Assembly: GCA_051294905.1 (NCBI GenBank) | Contig: CM119372.1 | Coordinates: forward strand, 21,888,001 to 21,952,000 | DNA length: 64,000 nucleotides | Reading direction: 5' to 3' | DNA from: Botryllus schlosseri | Taxonomy: Eukaryota | The notes under the pieces: generated by a model | What the model saw: the letters and a program-made list of their open reading frames with translations, nothing else | Databases searched by the model: none | Told to the model about the DNA's origin: nothing | Translations under genes and position numbers: made by a program | In this document: in pieces, positions 53,101-63,952 of the stretch | Position numbering within the stretch: position 1 is the first letter of the stretch | How the letters are laid out: every line of letters begins with the position of its first letter

Positions 53101-56100
53101 TCCATTACAACAGATGAAGTCGGTGTGGATCCTACAATATTTCGATAGTTTAGTTTGACTATCGTCAGAGAGTTTAATTTGTCTGTGTTGATTTGCGAAA
53201 ATATGAGCTAGAGTGGTTCTCAACTGCCGGTCCGTGGTAAGTTTCCTGCCGGCTTGCCAAATATGTTAGAATTTGATATCTCAATTCCAAAATGCAACAA
53301 GTTGGACGATTGTTCATGTTCATGAGTTTGAGAAATTAGACATAAAACTGTAATTATATTTAGAAGTGTGGAACGTATTTTGTATGGTGTCGCAATAAAG
53401 AGTTCATGGTCTACATCGGGCGTACGTTCCAGTGGTACAAGTGTTATAAGAAATTGTTTCAAAGTAGCGTACATCTCGGTTCGGACTTGTTTTATGTGAA
53501 AGCTACAGAGATTTTTGCACAAACTTCGTTAAATTCCGACAGTGCAATTTAGCAATTTAGACCATCAGGTTAGCGGTCTTTATTAACAGGACTTCACGAG
53601 ACTTGCAGAAACTTCGATAGTACCACGTAGAAATATCTTATCTCAAAAAGACAGCACTAAATGAAGTTTCCAATATTACGTTTCAGATGCATGCGTTTGT
53701 TGTAATTAAATTTAGGGTAAATTCTAGTTTTTAAAGGTTCATCGGCTCGCATCATTTATTTCGAAGTTTTGCCGGTCCGCGAGTTCAAAAAGGTTGCGAA
53801 CCACGGAGCTAGATCACACACATGTACGACATTCGTACGCACACTATTGAATGCCTCGTAGAAACAGAAAGAAGAAACACGTTTGAGCGGTGTCGACATA
53901 GGTTAGTGGTATGATCCACAGATCCACAGATACACCACCAATGGATCGTGGGTTCGAGTCCGACCGAGGTCGACTCCAGAACCCCTACCTATGTGTCGGA
54001 GGTTTATCTAGGCTCCTCCTCGCCTCGTGATTCGCGTATGCGGTGTCTTATAAAAGCCTAGAAGTGGGCTGTGGTACAAGTCGGTAAATACGAAATCAAA
54101 AATAAAGAATATCGACCTGATGTAAATGACCAATGTAGTCCAAACACCATGAAGATCAAACAAACAAACAAACACGTTTGCGTGCACACTGCACAGTGCA
54201 CACTGCAGACTGCCCATAGTGCACACACAGATATGCTACGCAAATGCATTTCGCCAGAATGAATTGGTTTGATCTTGGAAATTACCAGCAATACAGTCAT
54301 AGGCGTTGTAAAGTTGCGCAAATATTTAGAATTCATGTCAGTATGCTGATACGTGGATGGAGTTTATTGATCATGGCTGCTGATGAAAACTTAGAGGTCA
54401 TCTATATCAACAAACTATAATATATATTCGCAAATGTTTATTGAGTTATCGGTAGGGCTGGGCAAAATCGAGTACCTGAGTGATTCGATTCTGAATCACG
54501 TGAAATGCTTCGAGTCGAGTCGAGTAATCGAGTATCACCCATTATGACGTCACAACATATATAATATTTCGAATTTCAAATATGTACCTTTTATGCGACC
54601 ACAGAGACTATAATTCCTGTTATCCATCACATTAAAGATACTTTAATGTTTTTTCGACCATGCCGATTTCATTGCACTTGGTGACAATGTTGTGGGATAA
54701 TCATGACTTCGGAAATGTGTTATTTCTAGTTACGTTCGTAGCTTTGTACTATATGTTTGGTATGCTACGATACGGCCAATCAAGGCTCCAAGGCTTCAGC
54801 AGTGAAAATTAGTATCGAAACTATAATTCTCGTTGATAAATTAGATTCCAGTGGCGAGGAGAGTATAATTTAAGTACTCGAAAAATCGTATTTTACTACT
54901 CGACTCGAATCATTAAAATCAATACTCGATTCAGATTCGAGTACTCGAATCATTGTGCCCAGCCCTAGTTATCGGCTTTCTGCACCTCGTTTCAATAGAG
55001 AAGGCAAATTATTCACGACATCATACATTACAGGTGAATTCACCTTGTGTCGTCGAAAATGAAGACTTTTTTCTTTGATGTAAATATTTGCCGGCAACAT
55101 CAATTGTTTTCCTTCTTAGAGCATCCCATGACTTATATACTTTTATCGTGACTGATTGGATTCATTTAGATATGAATTATATAATATTTAAAATATGATC
55201 GAAAGTATAAGGTTTAGGTCACAAATAAGATATTTGTGATTTGTGGAGATATGCATTCTATCTTAGTTCATCTAATAATATAATTTTGATGTTGCCCTAA
55301 TTATGATCTTACAGCCTTTAAGCTATAGTTGGACATCATTACTTCTCTACGACACGGCTGAGTGTTTTCACGACATAGTTTTACGCGGCATTATAGATTT
55401 TGTGCTAAATAATATTCAGTCCGTTCAACTTCATATATTCGTGGATATCGAGGAAGATATAGTCTCTGCTGGTTGCATTCGGCTAGATGCACATAACGGC
55501 ATTCATCTGTGCATCAAGCATGTGCAGTTTTAAGATATTTCTATAAATATGTGAGCCTGATTCTAGGGGCTAGCGACGCTCATTTCCATGATAAATCCTA
55601 CAAATGATTGGTGGCTAATTACTTATTATCATCCAAGACCCAACCACCGTAGTGCCGCTAAATGTTCTCGTCAAGTTACGTAGGCCTATTCCCTGCAATC
55701 GCGCATGAAATCATTCGAGACAATTTTCGAGAGCGCCGAGCTTCGATTTCGATAAATTAAGATGACCTATACAATTATACGACATTAAGTCAAATTGATC
55801 CAACTACGTAGCGGAAATTCATTCCTGAAAGTGCGAATATGCCTTTCATTAGCGAATTTTAGTGAATATTCGTACGATACGGCATTTATTTTCGAGTAGC
55901 TCGTCTGGAATTCCGATACGTTGGCCGCCATGCCGGATATTCTCACGAGGTCATTTTAAAATTGCCCTGAGCGGGATTCCAAGACGCTACTAATGATTGT
56001 GCATAAGAAGTAAAGAACATTACGCTATTTCCATGTAGCATATGGTTATTTTTATTAGCACTTCAACGCCCGTGGGTTGTAGTAATAATCAATTACGATG

Positions 56101-59100
56101 GAAACGTAAAGCAGCATCAGCTACATGCACGCTTTAAACAGGTTTCGTACATCTCTACACAGCACTGGCTGGAAACTTTAGCTTACGAGCTAGATATGGC
56201 TCTCAGCGTAATAGAAGTTGGGAATTATCAAGTACCACGAATGAAAGTACAACGTAATCTTCTGTCTGTTTTTTTTTTAAAGAAGCATACATTCTTGGCG
56301 GAGTTGTTTGCGCGGTATACAACACATTTCATTGCGGCGTGACTTCAACCATAAACGACCGGTGCAAGCCAGGAGTAAAGCTTGGCAAAATCGAGTGCCC
56401 AAGCCTAATACTCGATTCAGATTCATAAGTTTGTTTTTTTATTTAGCGATAAATCAGTATTTTCGACAAACTAAAAGTGCTCACCTGCGCGATATTTCAT
56501 GCGCCTGCGCTTTATAACGATGCCTATTACTGGGCATAGCACGACAATGGCAGCCATTGGAAAGAAAATGAATATAGGAGCAGCTACTTGGTAATACGCG
56601 ACAAACTGCATCAGCCTGTCATACGGACAAGGTAATCAATGTGAATGTCGGACGATATGCTCCCTTCTAACTCACCAAGCCGGATTGAGGGAGCAGTGCG
56701 ACCATGCTGCATCAGGTGTGTTGCTGTTCCGGTTCCGAACAATGTCTTCGAACATAATTGCGTACGGCATGAAGCCGCAGCCAAACGCCACCAACCATAC
56801 ACAGACGATGATCAACTGAAATAGTATAACGATTTCAACACATTGCATTACCTTCCTGATACCTATTTTACCTGACTGTTGAGTTCCAGCGAATTGATTC
56901 GGAAATCGTCATACTATATTTAGTGGGCATAAAGTTTCAAATCTCTAATCCAGGGTGTCAAACTCAAGCTGCGTCGCGGGCCGGATTCAGACCTTCAAAT
57001 CGCTCGCTGGCCGGACCAGTCACATTATTCCAAAATGTTATCTCAAAATCCATGTCCGTGTTTTTCACTTGAATTATAGATTACTAACCTACGTAGGTTA
57101 GTGATCTATACTTGAATACTAAATTATACAGTCCATGGATCACAGGGTTCTATTCTATCAAGACCTTTATTCGCAAACAATGGAATTGGCAAAATGACGA
57201 TGATAATTGATCGATTGAATACAGTTATATAATTTGCTCAAACAGTGACTTTAACGACGGTATAGGCTACGTTGCCATATTGCTATGGTGGCTTTGTTTT
57301 AGTCGTAATTGGCAATAGTCCTGTGTATGTATTGTGAGGAAGACACGAGATTTAACTGTAAACGCAGACGTTGAAATTCGGTTCAATATTATTATATCGC
57401 GATTCGTTTTTCTTTACTGGAAGCCGAGGAGCTGTTAAGTCATTAGCGAAAATGAAGTGCTATCACAGATATTTTTAATATATTTTTGTGTTACAAATAT
57501 GTTCTCCATGTAGCCTGCATATATCGGCCTATAACAGGCGTTTTCACTTCTGTGAATAACTGCATTTAGCTTCATTTTTCCAGAAAACTTTGAGCTCAGT
57601 GTGTCCTTTAACCCTTCTCGGAATTAGGTGTCAATGGCAGCGACTTGGTGCTGATGGTCATTACAGAGAAACCATAAAGCCATTGTCCGATGATTATAAT
57701 GTGGCCTATGTACATTGTACATTGTACATAATCAACATTTCTGTCTTGAGGGATAATTTATTGAAAGTTATCTCAGCATTTGTCGGAAATGTGCTGGATA
57801 ATACAACCATTTTCAGAATGGTTTCGCGGGCCGGATGAAATAGTTTGGCGGTCCGGATGCGGCCCGTGAGCGGAACGTTTGACACCCCTGCTCTAATCGG
57901 TGACCGAGTTTACCTGGTGAGTATAACATCAAACATCAATAATTACGATAATATTTGTGTCTAAAACAGAGTGGTGATTATCATCGGCTGTTTCTGCATC
58001 AGACCTCGGTCGGTGGTTTTCTCAATCCTACTAATACGACATCGAATATGAACCCGTACCAACTAGCCTACATCTGTCTAATTCGTTACTTACGACGCAA
58101 TGACGAGGATTCATGTTACTACTGATGTCATAATGAGATGTGGAGTTTGTAAATCTCCCCTTTCGTAATGAGCTTACCCGAACTTGAAGAAGCGATACTT
58201 TTTTGAATGCTATCGGCCATTGAATGGACAGGAGTCGGAATATTGCAAAGAGAAGAATGTGTATAGTTGTTACATACGTTGTCCAGGCATCGACAGCAAA
58301 GGAAGCCTTTGAAAGAGAAAGAATATTACATATTAAGAAGTATAAATTTTATTAGTTATAGCTATCCTTGGTGCGGCTACATGGAGTTGTCATAGACCCC
58401 GTGATTGGTCAAACTGTCGTGTTTAGACGCTGCGCGAGATTAGACTCTTCTACCACATACCACGCTCATGTGAGCTATAATGGTAGCATGAAAATTGACG
58501 CAGCAGGCGCATAGTTTCGTCAGCTACTACATGTGACTAGATGTAGCAATATCCGAGCATCCGAATAACAAATGTGGTCACGTGGTTTAGAGACATATTC
58601 GACAATTTTAACAATCTCTGTTTGAACATAACGTGTGCTGGAATGATCAGTTCGATTTAAAGATGAAGAGTCTTAGATTTTCACGAATTTGGGAGTTGTT
58701 CCGGTGCCACAACGTGATGGCCGTTAACTAGGTTTCGCTATTTTTGCTGTAAAATTTGATGAGTTGACTAAAAGGTCATCACTTTCGTTCGACTCCCAAT
58801 TTACACACCTTTTACTTAATTTTAGTGGTGTTGACTAAAAAAAGGTCGTCACTTCCGATCAAACCACGAATTTCCCGTTCAAACGTCCGTATTAGCTATT
58901 TAGCGTCATTTATGCCCATTTTAACTCGGATCTGTCCATTATCTTAGCTGTAAAAGATGTAAAGGATGACATTTAGACGTCCTCGGAGGACATTTTCCAA
59001 AAACTGAAAAAGGAGGACAAATCATCCGCATGGTAACCCTACCGTTGACACTCGCATTTTCTACGTCGTAAAAAAATCGGAAATTTGACAGCCCTCGTTA

Positions 59101-61497
59101 ACTTGTACTCGCAGAAAAAAAGTTCCGTGTAGAGCTTTTCTTAAAACTGAGAATGTGCCTCCACGAATAGCTTAGTCGAAAAAGTAGCGATCCCACGCCA
59201 CGAGCGCGCGGATGTAAAGTATCGTGCTTGGTTTGTCACAATAAATCTTTATTGCAAGGATGCTATTAAGATAAGATCAGTTTACCTCACCTAATAGATT
59301 TTGCTCGGTAAAATGCGTATTTGTGAAAACATGGTATCTGGTATAAATCGTAAAAAGGCATGGAGGCCTGCATGCCTTCACCTAACGCCAACCTAAATTA
59401 TATCAGAAATGGCCCATATAATGTGCAGTAATTGATCAACCACATATAATGAACAGAATGCTACGCAAGCGCGAAAGGCATATTAGATCGATTCGGAACG
59501 CGACGGCCTCGACTATTGAGGCTTACTTTACTCTATCTATTCGCCCGTGATTTGACAAGGATTCTGTATAGTTCAGTGAAAATGAAAAACTGGGTGTCAT
59601 ACCTTACATAAAAACTTTGGCCAAGCCCAATAATCGAACCCCCACGTCTGTCTATAAAGAGGAAGTATGCTGAATGCGGCAGACAGCATATCTGATATGC
59701 AAAGACTGATGAGCAAATGGTTGAATATGGACCTGGAAATTTTACGCAGTGTTAGGAGTTGAGGAATCATCATAATACAAATATGTGTAAGCGGTGTCTT
59801 TATAAAGTCGTAGAACGAGACTGGACAGTGCTAAAAAGTTGGGAATGATGAAACAGAATATCAACCTGGTGTAAAATGACCAATGTAGTCGAATCAGCAT
59901 GAATAATACTGCAACAACAGCATCATCAACAACAACAACAACATGTGCTCCCAGTTCCCACACGATCATATACACTGGAGTCCTTGCAGTAGGTAAAAAG
60001 ATGGTGGTCTCTCAGTTCAACAAATTCTTAGCATAAAATTTTAGACCTGCGTTCCACCAGATGTGCGATTTCGACACAGTAATACGGTTGAAATTAAATA
60101 AGCTCCCCACTTCAACGTCTTTGACTTTGATATGACGATCATTGTGATGAGATTCGCCACCAGTCCGAACACTGCCATTGGTATCAGCATAACGGCAGAA
60201 AATACGACGGCACCATACGTAAAGGGTGGTTCCAGGTTGCTACAAAAATGAAAAGAAGGAAGCTCAGTCACGAAAGTTGTGAATTGTGCTGGAAAGCTTC
60301 GGGAAACGTCTAATAATACGTCACATGAGCTGCGGTTACAGTAGAACAGGCACTGGTCTACGATGTAAATCTATAGATGTATTTTCAGTACAATTCCATT
60401 CAAAGTTTCAGGAAACACTTCCCGCAAAATATTCACTCAATACATAAAATGTGGAACATGACTACTCACCACCCTCAACTCTTCTGGTAAATCTGATTAC
60501 TTGGGCTAAGAGGGGATAAAAGATTTATAGCAATGTATATGCAATTACCAATTTTATTGAGTGATTTCAATCATACGTAAAAATAATTGCCACGCCCGCG
60601 CCCAGTAACTCACTGATCACTGAGTAAAAGAACTCGTGCTCACAAGTAGTTCTGGAAACGTTCACCCCTATGGGGGGCAAACCTTCCAGTAGTGTATTCG
60701 GGCATCGCTCAATATGATGTCGCAACAGTGTAAATGATGTAGAAAGTTCAAATATGTATGTTTTTGCGACCACAAAGAATATAATGCCAAGTGTACATCA
60801 CATTGTACATTATCTGGTATTTTTTCGGCCATATCTATTTTATTGCACTTTGCGACAATGTTATGGGTTGGCCACTACTTCACGGAAATATCATTTCCAC
60901 TAAAGCGCGTAGCTTAGCACTACATGTTTCCTAAGCTGCGATACGATCAATCGAGGTCTACAGCCCTCCATAGTGGAAACAGTATTGAAACTATAATTCT
61001 CGTTGATAATTCAACTATTATTGGCAAGGAACATACAATTTCTTACTACGTGATCTTTGTGCAAGTTATTGTTTCGAGCCATTCCGAAATTCTGCACCCT
61101 GAATGGCTGCTTTCTAAATACAACTAAAAGGCGAAGAAGTGTATATTCTCACCCGTAGTACAGGAACCCAGAACCTACACCATGATATGAATAAAGCACA
61201 ACATTTTATTCCAAATGAAGCTTGGAGGTAGACACGTATAGGAAGGTAAGCAATCAAGATTTATAACCGCGATATAAATCTTATATAGGTTCTGTTTTCG
61301 TGCACCACCATTTGGGTGTGAATACGCACTCTTTTCGCTAGGAGCGCAGAAGCACAGGACGGAAACTTCACTTACGGATTTCCTGTCGTTGTGAAGGCAT
61401 TCGTGGAACGGTCAGTAGAATCGGTATAAGAAGAGTTGATTGGAGTCGCACTTTCCAGAATATGCCTGCTCCCGTTTGACGAAATCAAGCCGTCCAT
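46988..61497 (-). CDS. Class A (rhodopsin-like) orphan GPCR, 9 coding exons, 387 aa
   Basis: Hand-assembled exons on the minus strand: 61497-61376, 60239-60111, 59732-59603, 58306-58178, 56815-56676, 56615-56485, 49841-49728, 47804-47666, 47117-46988. All introns are GT..AG and the phases (2,2,0,0,2,1,1,2) join in frame, giving 1164 nt ending in TAG. Seven hydrophobic helices with class A motifs: GLVAN (TM1), LCISD (TM2), WAWPKFLCK (ECL1), VW..P (TM4), FFP (TM5), FLMGYIP (TM6), CLNPIFY (TM7). Confidence 0.93.
47666..47804 (-). CDS. GPCR exon 8 (ECL3, TM7)
   Basis: tttctatacAG acceptor; HVVYTTNVAPESMAMRVLEWNLFMVGYIFLRLSECLNPIFYNLVS (NPxxY); GTGAGT donor. Confidence 0.94.
48925..49513. mobile_element. 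Buster-type MITE in GPCR intron 7
   Basis: TIR caggggtcgccaac / gttggtgacccctg; TSD atttaaaa / atttaaag. Confidence 0.88.
49728..49841 (-). CDS. GPCR exon 7 (ICL3, TM6)
   Basis: ctattctAG acceptor; QNESKEVESRRRRKERNAFLQLGFITGSFLMGYIPNT; GTACAG donor. Confidence 0.92.
50603..51537. mobile_element. hAT-type MITE with GTGAAC repeats (inverted copy) in GPCR intron 6
   Basis: TIR tagggatggtgtgaac / gttcacaccatcccta; TSD gtggccac / gtggcgac. Confidence 0.9.
52140..52452 (+). mobile_element. CR1 LINE 3' end with (CT)n tail
   Basis: Remnant SNR..LP..TNVF (frameshifted), 3' UTR motif gactagatgaccttcacggtc, aataaa, then (ct)n. Confidence 0.72.
53886..54169 (+). mobile_element. Full-length tRNA-derived SINE
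   Basis: B-box ggttcgagtcc at 53951-53961, (caaa)n tail, 11-bp TSD aaacacgtttg (53875-53885, 54170-54180); six further partial copies in the window. Confidence 0.85.
54453..54967. mobile_element. Young hAT-type MITE (copy 1)
   Basis: TIR tagggctgggca / tgcccagcccta; perfect TSD gttatcgg. Confidence 0.95.
56485..56615 (-). CDS. GPCR exon 6 (TM5)
   Basis: Follows a 60-bp intron; (W)LMQFVAYYQVAAPIFIFFPMAAIVVLCPVIGIVIKRRRMKYRA; GTGAGC donor. Confidence 0.92.
56676..56815 (-). CDS. GPCR exon 5 (TM4, ECL2)
   Basis: ttttcAG acceptor; LIIVCVWLVAFGCGFMPYAIMFEDIVRNRNSNTPDAAWSHCSLNPA; GTGAGT donor. Confidence 0.92.
56951..57890. mobile_element. Buster-type MITE in GPCR intron 4
   Basis: TIR cagggtgtcaaac / gtttgacacccctg; perfect TSD ctctaatc. 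Confidence 0.92.
58178..58306 (-). CDS. GPCR exon 4 (TM3, ICL2)
   Basis: tttctctttcaaAG acceptor; ASFAVDAWTTYVTTIHILLFAIFRLLSIQWPIAFKKVSLLQVR; GTAAGC donor. Confidence 0.92.
59603..59732 (-). CDS. GPCR exon 3 (TM2, ECL1)
   Basis: tttccAG acceptor; SIFNHLLISLCISDMLSAAFSILPLYRQTWGFDYWAWPKFLCK; GTATGA donor. Confidence 0.93.
60111..60239 (-). CDS. GPCR exon 2 (TM1)
   Basis: tttttgtAG acceptor; NLEPPFTYGAVVFSAVMLIPMAVFGLVANLITMIVISKSKTL; weak GTGGGG donor but phase-compatible with exon 3. Confidence 0.88.
61376..61497 (-). CDS. GPCR exon 1 (extracellular N-terminus)
   Basis: ATG at 61497; MDGLISSNGSRHILESATPINSSYTDSTDRSTNAFTTTGN, Ser/Thr-rich with NGS and NSS sequons; GTAAGT donor, phase 2 matches exon 2. 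Confidence 0.8.
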
Positions 61498-63436
61498 CGT
61501 AAACGAAATACTTTATTTTTGAGTTAAAAACTGCACAGGTGATTTGAAATCTATTACGATGCTTACAGCATTTTCTAACAAACATAATCGTTATCGATTC
61601 CTCTTTAAAAAATCAATGGTATAATCGTAATCGTACTCGATCATTTTCCAAATATATTGATTATATTGATGCTTTATAAATGGACGATTACCAATTTTTA
61701 AGTTCACAGTGACTATGCCATAAGCAGGATAGACTGAACAAGAGAGATAGTGCGACACATCTAGCTACGACCGGGAAAACGTCACAAATGTTTACCAGGG
61801 CCAGTTATTTTCATCAATTGTGTTATAACGTATTAACCACTAGTATGTGAGTTGTTAGCAGATATATTTGACGTGCTTCAGTTCGGAAATTGAACTGAAC
61901 TGAGCTTGAATCTAACTGGACTAGAATTCTTTGCCACTGCTAATTGTCACTCGCATGCCCGCGAATAAGCGACCCATTGCACCTAGTTACACGGTCCTAG
62001 ATGAACCGGTAAAACAAATAACCGACACGGGGAGTCCTAAACTTTCTTATACTAATTGTCAGTTCCCTGAATATTGTGGGCGTCTCCATACCTGCGACTT
62101 GGTCCTAGCAAAAGCACAATCTATCGTCTATGATATAATACGGTACTAAAAATATTTGACTGTATATTATTTTCCAAATCTGCATATATAGTGAGATTAA
62201 TCCGATGCAAGTCGTTTACTTGCCCATTAGAAGGTTCGATTCATTTTCACAATACGTTTCCGTGCATAATAGGGCAATGTAACTGTGTAACTAGTTTAAG
62301 CGGCTGTCCCTTCCAACTGAATGTAGTGGAAATTATTGCTATCGCTGACAACAACTAGAACATGGAAGTCATGTTTCAAGAGTCGGCTTTGATAGGCTCA
62401 TAGTCAATATAGACAATGTACAGCATCGATATACTTCAGAAAACCGCACAAGCTTGCAAAACATCCCCCTGGACGAGTCCGAACAAAGCATCAGAGTTTC
62501 GAAGCGGGAAAATCCCATCGTGAACGGCAAATGGTTATTTTTTCTATTGTATCTATCAACTGCGCTCATTGCTTTATTAACGGTTCATTTTATATCAGTA
62601 ACAGAACTTCTCTTGCTGACAACCTTAACATCACGTAATAACACAGTATTCCAATTTACTTTCACACTGTCATCAGAACTAGCGTTTCTTACTTACCAGG
62701 AAAGCAAATCCGGAATCAATGTCCGTCCGCATTCCTAATTACTCCTAATCCCGTGCGTTTTATTCTTACACAAGCATCAGTGATGGCGGTCATTAAATCT
62801 CCGCCGTGTCACTATTATGGGGAATTAAGCGACTCTTTTTACGTTGATGAGCCCGCTTTTGTGACAGAAGCGTCTCGCTAATAAAATTTTCTCGACGCTA
62901 CTAAACCGCAATAGATACCTTCTATACCGTAAATACGTTATCTCCGCGGGAATTGCAATCAGCTGCGAATATGTATAAGCTATAACTGCTATACATTTCG
63001 TCGGATGATATTTAATTAGATGGAAATCTTCCGTCAAAATCTATTAAATGACCGACTTAACGCTACAAAGACATTTTGGAGCGTAGTTATTTATATGGCG
63101 CCGTACGTTAGGATTCCTAGGCTATTCGTTCTGCAGTCTGTTGCGTTACATACATTCGAAATATAAATTTTATCTCCGTACAGATTTGTCCCTGAATGAT
63201 GTAAAAAGCTTTAAAATAAACAATAAACATACAGGCCAGTGGTTCTTAACATTTTTCTCCTCCAGCGCCCTTTTCCCAAGATTGCCTGGATCCGGCTCCC
63301 ACTCTATTCAAGCACTGTAGTAAAATCCAATGGGTAAGAGGACGAAGTCCGGTCAGTCTTGTCAGGTTGGGACTTAAATATTGGAAATGTTTCGCGCATG
63401 AATCGTGCGCGAGGACATCTCGACATATATAACAAT

Positions 63437-63952
63437 TAGGGCTGGGCACAATGATTCGAGTACTCGAATCTGAATCGAGTATTGATTTTAATGATTCGAG
63501 TCGAATAGTAAAATACGATTTTTCGAGTACTTAAATTATACTCTCCTCGCCACTGGAATCTAATTTATCAACGAGAATTATAGTTTCGATACTAATTTTC
63601 ACTGCTGAAGCCTTGGAGCCTTGATTGGCCGTATCGTAGCATACCAAACATATAGTACAAAGCTACGAACGTAACTAGAAATAACACATTTCCGAAGTCA
63701 TGATTATCCCACAACATTGTCACCAAGTGCAATGAAATCGGCATGGTCGAAAAAACATTAAAGTATCTTTAATGTGATGGATAACAGGAATTATAGTCTC
63801 TGTGGTCGCATAAAAGGTACATATTTGAAATTCGAAATATTATATTATGTTGTGACGTCATAATGGGTGATACTCGATTACTCGACTCGACTCGAAGCAT
63901 TTCACGTGATTCAGAATCGAATCACTCAGGTACTCGATTTTGCCCAGCCCTA
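63437..63952. mobile_element. Young hAT-type MITE (copy 2, inverted)
   Basis: Same TIRs; perfect TSD ataacaat; reverse complement of 54453-54967 apart from a 1-bp indel seen by eye. Confidence 0.95.

Noticed and set aside
53886..53970. Possible tRNA gene (B-box GGTTCGAGTCC)
   Set aside because: No cloverleaf could be folded; it continues into a repeated body with a tail and TSD, so it is a SINE head.
62369..62738. Hydrophobic plus-strand ORF, and a minus-strand GTAAGT donor at 62696
   Set aside because: Non-ATG start and no recognisable homology. The donor could belong to a GPCR 5' UTR exon, but that cannot be shown from sequence alone.
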